Positions 49,139 through 58,397 of a stretch of DNA of 64,000 bases are shown here, piece after piece. Source of the stretch: an uncultured Rhodopirellula sp. GTDB taxonomy: Bacteria; Planctomycetota; Planctomycetia; Pirellulales; Pirellulaceae. The translations under genes and the position numbers were made by a program. Each line of letters begins with the position of its first letter. Position 1 is the stretch's first letter. The notes beneath the pieces were generated by a model. The model was not told the DNA's origin. It ran no database searches and saw only the letters and a program-made list of their open reading frames with translations. The stretch lies in the NCBI GenBank assembly GCA_964007735.1, contig CAXGAI010000002.1, positions 1-64,000 on the forward strand, read 5' to 3'.

Positions 49139-50427
49139 GCTTTGTCTGCAATATCAGTTCTATACCAACTACCTCGCCACTCAATACATTTGGCAGCTTC
49201 ATAAGCTGATGATTGAGCCGATTTTAGGTCATCGCCAATCGCCGTCACACCTAACACACGACCACCGTTGTTAAGAATCGCTCCGGACTTACCAATTTGC
49301 GTTCCAGCGTGAAAGACTTTGACATTCTCAATCTTGGCCGCCTCGTCTAAACCACGTATGACCCTGTTTTTTTCGTAGCTTCCCGGATATCCTTCACTCG
49401 CCATAACGACACAGCAAGTTGGCCGGGGATCCCATTCCAGCGGGTCAATCCGAGCCAGATCCCCATCAGCTACCGCTTCCAATACATCCACCAAATCGGA
49501 TTTCAGGCGCATTAACAATGGCTGACACTCCGGATCACCGAAGCGAACATTGTATTCCAGCACCTCTATTCCCTGAGGTCCCTTCATAAGTCCGGCGTAA
49601 AGAACCCCCTTAAAAGGAGTCCCATTAGCCTTCAACGAATGAACGGTAGGAACGAGTACATGCTCCTCCACCCAGGACATGTCATCTTCTGTTACCAGTG
49701 GAGTCGGGCAGTAGGCCCCCATCCCACCGGTATTTGGCCCTGCATCTCCGTCATAAGCAGGCTTGTGATCCTGACAGGCCGGTAATGGAATAATCGTCTG
49801 CCCATCTGTGATCGCCAATACGCTAGCTTCCTGACCCTCCAATTTCTCTTCGAGAATGAATTTAGCGCCGGCATCACCAAAGACTTTATCGCGTGCTATT
49901 AATTCAATCGCTTCCAGTACTTCATGCTTTTTACTGCATACCGTCACCCCCTTACCCGCGGCCAAACCATCGGCTTTTACAACCATTGGGCATGCGGTGT
50001 TGGGAGAATCTCCCGGATAACGATCATCAATCATTTCAATAGCCGAATCCGCATCGCGAAATTCCCAGTAATCGGCTGTAGGCACATTCCCGGCATTGAG
50101 AATCTCTTTACAAAAGACTTTCGAGGCTTCCAATTGCGCTGCGGGTTTAGCCGGCCCGAAGATCTTTAATCCTTCAGCCTCAAAAACATCGACAATACCA
50201 CCGGCCAAAGGCACTTCCGGCCCAACTACCGTCAGACCAACGCGATTGGCCTTGGCATAGCGAAGTAGGGCGCCATAGTCATCCAAATCCAGATCAACGT
50301 TAACCGCTTCCAACGCTGTACCAGCATTTCCCGGAGCGACAAAGACATCCTTAACACGGGAACTTTGAGAAATCTTCCAGGCCAGAGCGTGTTCACGACC
50401 GCCACTACCAACTACCAGCACATTCAT
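49132..50427 (-). CDS. purD: Phosphoribosylamine--glycine ligase
   Basis: GSGGREHA, VVGPE, KADGLAAGKGV, QDHK, GPNTGGMGAY, EYNVRFGDPE, GGRVL. Confidence 0.97.
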   Translation of the reverse strand: MNVLVVGSGGREHALAWKISQSSRVKDVFVAPGNAGTALEAVNVDLDLDDYGALLRYAKANRVGLTVVGPEVPLAGGIVDVFEAEGLKIFGPAKPAAQLEASKVFCKEILNAGNVPTADYWEFRDADSAIEMIDDRYPGDSPNTACPMVVKADGLAAGKGVTVCSKKHEVLEAIELIARDKVFGDAGAKFILEEKLEGQEASVLAITDGQTIIPLPACQDHKPAYDGDAGPNTGGMGAYCPTPLVTEDDMSWVEEHVLVPTVHSLKANGTPFKGVLYAGLMKGPQGIEVLEYNVRFGDPECQPLLMRLKSDLVDVLEAVADGDLARIDPLEWDPRPTCCVVMASEGYPGSYEKNRVIRGLDEAAKIENVKVFHAGTQIGKSGAILNNGGRVLGVTAIGDDLKSAQSSAYEAAKCIEWRGSWYRTDIADKAL

Positions 50428-50523
50428 TGTGGATCCATCCTTGAAAATCTAGTGATCTGACTTGCCCATGAATATAACGCTCTCGCCTGCGACACTCAAG
50501 GAGGGGAGCAAGCACAGGGAAGC

Positions 50524-50976
50524 CTAGCGATTCTTATAAGCCTGAACAGCCAGTTCATCACATCGGTCATTCTCAGGATGGCCGCTATGTCCTGCGACTC
50601 GTGTATATTTCACCTCATGGGAAGCAAGTAGTTCATCCAACTGCACCCACAGCTCCTGATTTTTAATTGGAACTAACCGCCCCTTTTGCTTTCGCTTCCA
50701 TCCATTTCGTTTCCAGCCGGCCATCCATTCCTGCAAGCCCTTTCCGACATAGACGCTGTCAGTAAACAATTCAATTTGACAGGGTTTCTTCAGCGCCTCC
50801 AAACCTGCAATGACTGCCTGCAACTCCATACGGTTATTGGTCGTATCCGGCGCATAACCATTGGCTTCTTTTTCCTTACCCGTTGCGGGATCTCGCAAAA
50901 TATATGCCCAACCACCAGGACCTGGATTTCCACTGCACGCACCATCTGTGAATAGATGAATATGAGGTTTTGCCAT
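50524..50976 (-). CDS. rnhA: Ribonuclease HI
   Basis: [39 protein letters not shown]. Confidence 0.97.
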   Translation of the reverse strand: MAKPHIHLFTDGACSGNPGPGGWAYILRDPATGKEKEANGYAPDTTNNRMELQAVIAGLEALKKPCQIELFTDSVYVGKGLQEWMAGWKRNGWKRKQKGRLVPIKNQELWVQLDELLASHEVKYTRVAGHSGHPENDRCDELAVQAYKNR

Positions 50977-51011
50977 TGATGTTCTCGTAACTCACTTTGT
51001 ACCTACCACTA

Positions 51012-52994
51012 CTACGCCTGAGGATCATCCTTTAGCGGTTCATGCTGACTCAAATTCGTTTCATCCGCCATTGCATCGATATCAACCTCCCGTGAGTCAC
51101 TGAGAGACTCTTCGGGATTTGCCGGAAACGCCTGCTCACCGACCGGCTGACTTGAAGTCGGTTTTAAGGACAAGTCGGTCTGGCCGCGATTTAACTGATC
51201 GACCCGATGATTAATATCTGATTTAGCCTCGGGCTGCACTGGCGTAGTCTCTTTCGGCAACATAACGGTGAATATCGAACCGATTCCTAACTGACTTTCC
51301 ACGGACACTTCCCCGCCCAGCATACGACAGATTTCTTTGACGATGGAAAGCCCTAATCCGGTACCAGCATACTCCCGAGTCAGATTATCCTGACCGCTGG
51401 ATACATTACCTTGTCGGAATTTCTCGAAGATCACTTCCCGATCCTCCTCAGCAATACCGATTCCGGTGTCAATCACACGGATCACAAAGAAGTCTTCCAG
51501 ATCTTTACTCTCTTCAAGCCGAACGGTTATCCGCCCTCCTTCAGGCGTGAACTTAATCGCATTCGACAACAGATTCGTAAGTACCTGCTGGATCTTACCC
51601 TGATCCTGAAAGACCATAGGGTCTTCCATTTCTTCACTGATTTCCAACGAGAGATTCTTCTCTTCAACCAGCGACTTAACAAGATCACACTGTGCACTGG
51701 TTACCAAATGCAGGTTCATTTCTACAGGATTGATTTCCTGTTTACCCGCTTCTATTTTTGCGAGATCAAGGATTTCATTAATCATTTCAAGCAAAATTTG
51801 CCCCGAACGTTGGATATTGGAAGCATATCGGTGTTGTTTATCGTTCAGGGCATCGACACCTTGCAGCACTTCCGAAAATCCAATAATACTGTTCAGCGGG
51901 GTGCGCAATTCGTGGCTCATGTTGGCCATGAACTCATCTTTCATACGGTTCATGTCAAACAATTGCATGTTGAGTTGAGCCATTTCATCGACCTTGAGAT
52001 CCAAGTCGGCATTGACCGTCTTCAACTCATCCTGAGTTTCTGTCAGGTGTCGCACCATCTTATTAAAGGAAGTTCCTAACTCTTCAAACTCGTCATCGGT
52101 CAAGATTTCTGCGCGGGACTCCAAATCGCCATGACTAATCCGATCACTGACATCTCGCAAATGTTTTAACGGCCGAACCACTAGAAGACGAATAATCACG
52201 TACAACGCGATCATCGACACAAAGACGGTCACAATAGCAACGGCAATCAAAATAGCCCGTGCCTTATGAATGGAACTCTGAGTTTCCTCGTATGGGATTT
52301 TTACTTTAATGACGGTGAATGGCAGTTCCGCGCCATCAACGGGCGTCCCCTGTCCTGCTCCCTCGACCCCCGGCGTCTGTTCACTGTGACAAATAGTACA
52401 GGTATTTCCCCAGCGGACGGGCTCGTAATATTGGTATTCATTAATATCCTGAGCCACTCGTTCGACGAAGATTGGACGATCTTGATCTGATACGTCCTCT
52501 ACAGAGAATAATTCGGAAATATCAACATCCGGTACGTTTCGCTCCGGCAATCCTTCTTCCACCTGCCCCTGCGCTAATTCGGCCGCACGTCTCTCGTCAA
52601 GCATTTTCTCGAGTTGCTCGAGAATGTTAACCTCCTGAGCATTACCCGGAATTCGTACGTTTGGGATTTGCTTCGGCTTCGACTCTTCATCCTGAACAAT
52701 CACTTCGTGATTATTGCGACCGTCGGTACGAGCAAGCTGTTCACCTAACAAATCGGCAAACCCCTGCTTATCCTCACGTGTTTCCCAGTAGTTGAAGTGC
52801 GGTTTCAGCAAGGCGATATCAACAACATCTCGAGCTGTGGTGCGAGTATTCTTAAGAATTAAATCCGAGCTCACTTTCTCGACGCCCCAAAAAGCTCCGG
52901 AAATAAGCAAGGTCAACCAAAACCCAAACAACAAGCGACACTTGCGTTCCAGGCTAGTCTCGCCTAACACTCGTCTCCAGGATTGCTGCGCCAT
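51012..52994 (-). CDS. Membrane sensor histidine kinase with periplasmic heme-c motif (Tll0287/DUF3365-like), HAMP, HisKA, HATPase
   Basis: TM-periplasmic(CTICH)-TM; HAMP RPL...DEFEELG; FMANMSHELRTPL; NLLSNAIKFT; GTGLGL. Confidence 0.9.
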   Translation of the reverse strand: MAQQSWRRVLGETSLERKCRLLFGFWLTLLISGAFWGVEKVSSDLILKNTRTTARDVVDIALLKPHFNYWETREDKQGFADLLGEQLARTDGRNNHEVIVQDEESKPKQIPNVRIPGNAQEVNILEQLEKMLDERRAAELAQGQVEEGLPERNVPDVDISELFSVEDVSDQDRPIFVERVAQDINEYQYYEPVRWGNTCTICHSEQTPGVEGAGQGTPVDGAELPFTVIKVKIPYEETQSSIHKARAILIAVAIVTVFVSMIALYVIIRLLVVRPLKHLRDVSDRISHGDLESRAEILTDDEFEELGTSFNKMVRHLTETQDELKTVNADLDLKVDEMAQLNMQLFDMNRMKDEFMANMSHELRTPLNSIIGFSEVLQGVDALNDKQHRYASNIQRSGQILLEMINEILDLAKIEAGKQEINPVEMNLHLVTSAQCDLVKSLVEEKNLSLEISEEMEDPMVFQDQGKIQQVLTNLLSNAIKFTPEGGRITVRLEESKDLEDFFVIRVIDTGIGIAEEDREVIFEKFRQGNVSSGQDNLTREYAGTGLGLSIVKEICRMLGGEVSVESQLGIGSIFTVMLPKETTPVQPEAKSDINHRVDQLNRGQTDLSLKPTSSQPVGEQAFPANPEESLSDSREVDIDAMADETNLSQHEPLKDDPQA

Positions 52995-53104
52995 AAAACC
53001 CGCTTCTCTAGGTAGTAAACGATTGACGACGCGAGCTCACGTCGCTCAATCTACCTTTATTCTATTCCAAATAACCAAAACCAACCAATGCAGAACTACA
53101 AGTA

Positions 53105-55204
53105 CTAACCGACGTCGCCGACATCCAGCACCCGACCATACCGACGTAACACCTGTTTACGAAGTTTTACAAACTCGGTGCTCTGCAAACCCGGATCAGA
53201 TTCAAGCATCGCTTGTGCATCATCGCGAGCTAATTCGACGATTGTCCTGTCTCGGCGTAAGTCTGCCATACGCAGGGGAGGCATACCATGCTGTTTCGTA
53301 CCAAACAAATCACCTGGGCCACGCAAGTCAAAATCTATTTCAGCCAGCTCAAAACCATCAAGCGTATCAACAAACGCCTGCAACCGGTGCTCGGCTTCTT
53401 CATTGGCTGGTGCTCCAAAAACACAAACATATCCTGTATGATGCCCTCGTCTCACGCGACCGCGCAGTTGATGCAATTGGGCTAAGCCAAACTGCTGAGC
53501 ATCCTCTATCGTCATTAACGAAGCATTAGGCACATTCACCCCAACCTCGATCACCGACGTCGCCACCAACACATCCAGTTCCCGGGCATGAAATTGACGC
53601 ATCGTCTCTTCTTTGTCAGCAGGCGACATTTTGCCATGCACCACACCAATCCTGAAGTCTGACAAAATCCGACTCTTGAGTCCTTCATATATTTCTTCAA
53701 CGCTGACGAGATCTTCACGTGTGGCCCGTTCCACTGTCGATGCAATCACATATCCCTGCCGACCTTTCCGAAGTTGGGCACGAAAAAACTTCCACCACTT
53801 TTCCCGCTCAGCAGGATCCCCAAGATATGTATGCACTGGCTGCTGATGATCAGGTCCTTTCCGAATCGTAGAGATATCAAGATCGGCAAACATCCCCATC
53901 GCAATCGTACGGGGAATCGGCGTCGCAGACATCACCAGGTAATGTGGATTCAGTCCATTGTTACGCACGGCCATCCGCTGACGAACTCCAAACTTGTGTT
54001 GTTCGTCAATCACTACCAACGCCAACGACTTAAACCTAACTTCTTCGCTAGCCACACTATGTGTGCCTATCAACAAATCAATCTCTCCGGTGATAAGATC
54101 GTCTAATACCTGTCGACGGTCACCGGCAGTCATCGAACCGGTCAACAACCCTATACTTACCCGCGAATTCTGAAGATCTTCACTGAGAGTACGGTAATGC
54201 TGTTGCGCCAAAATCTCTGTGGGTGCCATCATCACTGCCTGATGGCCATGTGCCACGCTCAGCAGCATGGCGTATTCTGCAACCACCGTCTTGCCACTAC
54301 CTACATCTCCCTGAAGTAAACGATTCATCGGTTGGCTATCTGACATATCATCACAAATGTCCTGCACAACACGCTGTTGAGCGGCTGTTAGCTCAAAAGG
54401 AAATCGAGCCGTAATACGTGCATGAATCCGGGCATCCGTTTCTAACTGCGGAGCTTTGTTGGCAATGCTATGGTGCCACCGCCGCAACGCTAACGCCAAC
54501 TGCAACACTAACAATTCCTGATAGACAAATCGCAAACGATGATGAGCAACATCCTCGAGAGATTCGGGCGAGTGAATCCCTCGCACCGCTTCATGGATCG
54601 AACCAATACCCTTCTGAGTTCTAATCAGTTCCGGAATCGCTTCTTCCAGCTCTTCGACATAATCTTCAACAGCCGTACGTACTAATTTACGAATCGCAGG
54701 CTGGCTGATCCCCTGCGACAAACGGTAAACAGGCAACACCTGACTACCCTGCACTTCGGCATCCTCAGCCACCACAGAAACTCTTGGATGAGTCATTTCC
54801 CAACGATCTGCTTTAGGTTTTGCCACACCCGACAAAACAACACGATCACCTGCCTGATATTTATCTTTCATAAAGTGCATGTTGAACCAGGTAGCTTTCA
54901 ACAGTAACCCCTCGCAACCCACGGTCATGGAAAAGATCGACTTGCCGTATCTGGTACGTCCGGTACGAGTCTCTTCAATTTCTCCAACCACCGTGATCTC
55001 GGACTCACCTTCCAAATCCGCCAGATCGACAAGTTCCCCGGTGCACTCATAACTACGAGGAAAGAAAAACAATAGATCGCGAATCGTGCCTATTCCAAGC
55101 TTCTCGAGCGGAGCATTCCAAAGCCCGCGATAGCCACGGAGTAACGAAACCGGACTTGTTAGCGTCGGCTTGCGGGGAATGTCTGTGCGTTCGGGATACT
55201 TCAT
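53105..55204 (-). CDS. recG: ATP-dependent DNA helicase RecG
   Basis: MNRLLQGDVGSGKT, DEQHKFG, SATPIPRT, FGLAQLHQLRGRV, RGPGD. Confidence 0.97.
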   Translation of the reverse strand: MKYPERTDIPRKPTLTSPVSLLRGYRGLWNAPLEKLGIGTIRDLLFFFPRSYECTGELVDLADLEGESEITVVGEIEETRTGRTRYGKSIFSMTVGCEGLLLKATWFNMHFMKDKYQAGDRVVLSGVAKPKADRWEMTHPRVSVVAEDAEVQGSQVLPVYRLSQGISQPAIRKLVRTAVEDYVEELEEAIPELIRTQKGIGSIHEAVRGIHSPESLEDVAHHRLRFVYQELLVLQLALALRRWHHSIANKAPQLETDARIHARITARFPFELTAAQQRVVQDICDDMSDSQPMNRLLQGDVGSGKTVVAEYAMLLSVAHGHQAVMMAPTEILAQQHYRTLSEDLQNSRVSIGLLTGSMTAGDRRQVLDDLITGEIDLLIGTHSVASEEVRFKSLALVVIDEQHKFGVRQRMAVRNNGLNPHYLVMSATPIPRTIAMGMFADLDISTIRKGPDHQQPVHTYLGDPAEREKWWKFFRAQLRKGRQGYVIASTVERATREDLVSVEEIYEGLKSRILSDFRIGVVHGKMSPADKEETMRQFHARELDVLVATSVIEVGVNVPNASLMTIEDAQQFGLAQLHQLRGRVRRGHHTGYVCVFGAPANEEAEHRLQAFVDTLDGFELAEIDFDLRGPGDLFGTKQHGMPPLRMADLRRDRTIVELARDDAQAMLESDPGLQSTEFVKLRKQVLRRYGRVLDVGDVG

Positions 55205-55272
55205 ACTCTGTATTCTACCGGTACTCGTGAATCTGATCTAAAAAAACGAACGAGTCTGACATCTCCAGACAT

Positions 55273-57603
55273 CTACAGAAGACTCAGCGGATCTACATCC
55301 ACCACCCATTGAATCCCCTCCACCGGCTTCGACTCGTCATAGACCTGCCTAACCACATTTCTCAACAAGTCTCCTGCAGTCCCCATCAGCAGGACATGGA
55401 TTCTATATCGATCTCGCAGTTTAGCGATCGGTGCCGGAGCGGGTCCCAGAATTCGTACTTCACTCTGTCGTTCCCCTAATACCTCTCTACACTGTTCTAC
55501 CAGCTTACCTGCATGTGCCATCGTTGCTGATTCATCGGGGCCACGAATGATCAGACGAATCATTTTTGTAAATGGTGGATATCCAAACTGCTCACGTCCC
55601 GGCAACTCGCGATCAGCAAACATCTCGTATTCATGTTTCGTCGCCGCCTGAATTGCCAAGTGTTCAGGCGTGTAAGTCTGTACCAAGACCCGTCCTTCCA
55701 TTTCGCCACGCCCTGTTCGCCCTGCAACCTGCGTCACTAGCTGGAATGTCCTTTCTCCCGCACGGAAGTCCGGAAAGTGCAGTGCCGTGTCAGCATTGAT
55801 AACGCCAACCAGCGTAACGTTAGGAAAATCCAATCCTTTGGCGATCATCTGAGTACCAACCAGGATCTTAACCTCTCCACTTCGAAAACGATTCAACGCC
55901 TGCTCATGCGAATTCGGACGTTGCATCGTATCTGAATCCATTCTCAAGACAGGCACATCTGGAAATCTGGACTTTACTTCTTCTTCTAACCGTTGTGTGC
56001 CCAAACCACCGAAGCGAATCGCATCTCCAGCACAATCCGGGCAGTGCTTGGGAGCCGCCGTTTGGTAATCACAATAATGACAAATCGCCAACTCCCGCCG
56101 CTGCCCACTTATGCCATAACGATGGTGAGTCAGCGAAATTTCACACTGCGGACACTCTAAGACGAATCCACAGGCTGGACATTGAATATTAGTTGAGTAA
56201 CCTCGGCGGTTAAGCAAAAGAATTACCTGACCATCATTGTTCAGCGTCTGCTGCATCGCCGTATTCAACTGCCGGCTAATCGAGCCGAAGCTTTGTTTAC
56301 TTCGCCCCTCGTGCCTCAAATCAACCGTGGCAACTGCCGGCAATGGGCGATTCATCACACGCTCTGGCATCGACACCAATTCATATTCCCCTGTCTTGGC
56401 TTTATGCCAGGTTTCAAGAGCAGGTGTCGCCGAGCCTAACACTAATGGAACGTTTTGGAGCTGAGAACGTTTGACGGCTACATCACGCGCGTGGTAACGC
56501 GGTGTCGTTTCCTGCTTAAACGAAGTTTCATGTTCCTCATCTAACACTATCAGTCCAAGTCGAGGAGTTGGTGCAAAAATGGCACTCCGAGCACCCACAA
56601 TCACTTGCACTTCTCCATTGGCAATTTGCTGCCAATGCCAATGTCGTTCAGCGTCACTCAAATGACTGTGCAGTACAGCAACACTATCGAATCGCGAGCG
56701 AAACCGCTGTCTCGTTTGTGGTGTCAATGAAATCTCAGGTACCAGCACGATAGCCTGCCGGCCATAACTGATCACTTCTTCAATTGCCTGAATGTAAACC
56801 TCCGTCTTGCCACTGCCCGTAATCCCGTGGACAAGAATTGTCTTATGTTGATTCTGCTTGACCGCGGAAGTAATGGACTCCAAGGCGCGATGCTGCGCTG
56901 GATTGAGAGTCAAAGCCTGCTCTCTTTCCAGTACTTCCTGTTGAATATGGTGCTTATAGATTCGACGCTTTTCAACTTGCAGTAATCCCTTGTTCATCAG
57001 GCTCTTAAGGGGAGCTTGCGTACAGCCAACCTGCTTACAAATCTGATCCCCGGTAAGCCACACTTCCTGACCACGTAACACTTCCACAATCCGTTGCTGT
57101 TTGGCTGGCAGCTTTTCAGTATCCCCTATCGCCAGATTGGTCGAATTGAGCGAATAGAATTTCACCGCGCGCGTCCCGGCCAGACTTCTCACTCCAGCAG
57201 GAATCAGAGCTTCCAAGACCTGCCCGGGACGAGCCAGATAATAGTCAGACATCCAATGAGTCAACTCGAGCATATGAGCCGAAATCAGAGTTGTCTTGTC
57301 CAACACTGCAGTCACTGTTTTTAATTTGTAACCAGACGTATCCCGGCCTGTTTCATGCCGAATTCCAACACAATACCCAATGACCTTTCGGTTTCCACGT
57401 CCTAACGGAACCTCCACCCGGCGACCAACCTGCACTTCCACTTTTAAGTTGTCGGGAATCAGATAATCAAAGGGACCCCAAGGAACTTCCGAAAATACAA
57501 CCGTTGCCAGCGAGCGATCCTGAGCGGCATCCCGTTCCCATGGCGCAGGCCCTTCCGACATATCAAACGTGTCGTCGTCAAATAATCCCTGCTGCCGATC
57601 CAT
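55273..57603 (-). CDS. priA: Primosomal protein N' (replication restart helicase)
   Basis: GITGSGKTEVY, DEEHE, GSATP, four CxxC pairs, GTQMIAKGLDFP, QVAGRTGR. Confidence 0.97.
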   Translation of the reverse strand: MDRQQGLFDDDTFDMSEGPAPWERDAAQDRSLATVVFSEVPWGPFDYLIPDNLKVEVQVGRRVEVPLGRGNRKVIGYCVGIRHETGRDTSGYKLKTVTAVLDKTTLISAHMLELTHWMSDYYLARPGQVLEALIPAGVRSLAGTRAVKFYSLNSTNLAIGDTEKLPAKQQRIVEVLRGQEVWLTGDQICKQVGCTQAPLKSLMNKGLLQVEKRRIYKHHIQQEVLEREQALTLNPAQHRALESITSAVKQNQHKTILVHGITGSGKTEVYIQAIEEVISYGRQAIVLVPEISLTPQTRQRFRSRFDSVAVLHSHLSDAERHWHWQQIANGEVQVIVGARSAIFAPTPRLGLIVLDEEHETSFKQETTPRYHARDVAVKRSQLQNVPLVLGSATPALETWHKAKTGEYELVSMPERVMNRPLPAVATVDLRHEGRSKQSFGSISRQLNTAMQQTLNNDGQVILLLNRRGYSTNIQCPACGFVLECPQCEISLTHHRYGISGQRRELAICHYCDYQTAAPKHCPDCAGDAIRFGGLGTQRLEEEVKSRFPDVPVLRMDSDTMQRPNSHEQALNRFRSGEVKILVGTQMIAKGLDFPNVTLVGVINADTALHFPDFRAGERTFQLVTQVAGRTGRGEMEGRVLVQTYTPEHLAIQAATKHEYEMFADRELPGREQFGYPPFTKMIRLIIRGPDESATMAHAGKLVEQCREVLGERQSEVRILGPAPAPIAKLRDRYRIHVLLMGTAGDLLRNVVRQVYDESKPVEGIQWVVDVDPLSLL

Positions 57604-57770
57604 TCACCAAACATCCGTGTCAGAGTCTTCGAGTTACAAGATAGTCTACAGCAGGAGCGCCGCTGTGCCTAACCATTAAACAAGGGTGTCCGTCGGGACT
57701 CTAGGTCCGCCCGTCATCAGGTGATACACTCAAAGTACGAGATAGATATTTTACTCTTATCGGAATAGAC

Positions 57771-58388
57771 ATGGCACGTATCGGAATCATTGGCGGCAGT
57801 TTTGACCCCGTTCATTACGGTCACTTATTGCTGGCCGAATTTGGGCGTGAACAATGTGAATTGGACGAAGTCTGGTTCATTCCCACGGACATCAGCCCCT
57901 TTAAAAAATCAGGCGGTCAGGCGACGAATGCCCAACGACGTGACATGTTAACCCTGGCGATTGCCGGTCATCCTGGTTTTTCAATTGATGAAATTGAATG
58001 GAAACGCGGGGGAGTCAGCTACACATACGAAACACTCGAAACACTCTCTGAAGAATATTCGGAGCACGAGTTTTTCTTTCTCATGGGAGCAGACTCTCTG
58101 GCCGATTTCCCACAGTGGAAAAATCCCCGGCGAATTTGCGAACTCGCAACCCTGGCCATCGTATCCCGTGCTGGCAACCCGGCACCGGATCTGAGTGTGC
58201 TGAGTCCTTTGGTCGATAACCAATATCTGAAGCAAGTCACTGACGCTCAGATAAAGATGCCCGCGATGGACTTAAGCAGTTCAGAGATCCGGCGACGGAT
58301 TGCCTTACAGCAGTCCATCCGCTTCCAAATCCCTCGCGGAGTCGAACAATACATCAAGACTCAGGGGCTTTATCTCAAAGAAACTTAG
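57771..58388 (+). CDS. nadD: Nicotinate-nucleotide adenylyltransferase
   Basis: GGSFDPVHYGH, SYTYETL, MGADS, SSSEIR. Confidence 0.95.
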   Translation: MARIGIIGGSFDPVHYGHLLLAEFGREQCELDEVWFIPTDISPFKKSGGQATNAQRRDMLTLAIAGHPGFSIDEIEWKRGGVSYTYETLETLSEEYSEHEFFFLMGADSLADFPQWKNPRRICELATLAIVSRAGNPAPDLSVLSPLVDNQYLKQVTDAQIKMPAMDLSSSEIRRRIALQQSIRFQIPRGVEQYIKTQGLYLKET

Positions 58389-58397
58389 TCGCCCCAT

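Noticed and set aside
52792..53529. 245-aa plus-strand ORF, and 51411-52079 (222 aa)
   Set aside because: Antisense to well-supported recG and kinase genes, with no protein-like motifs.
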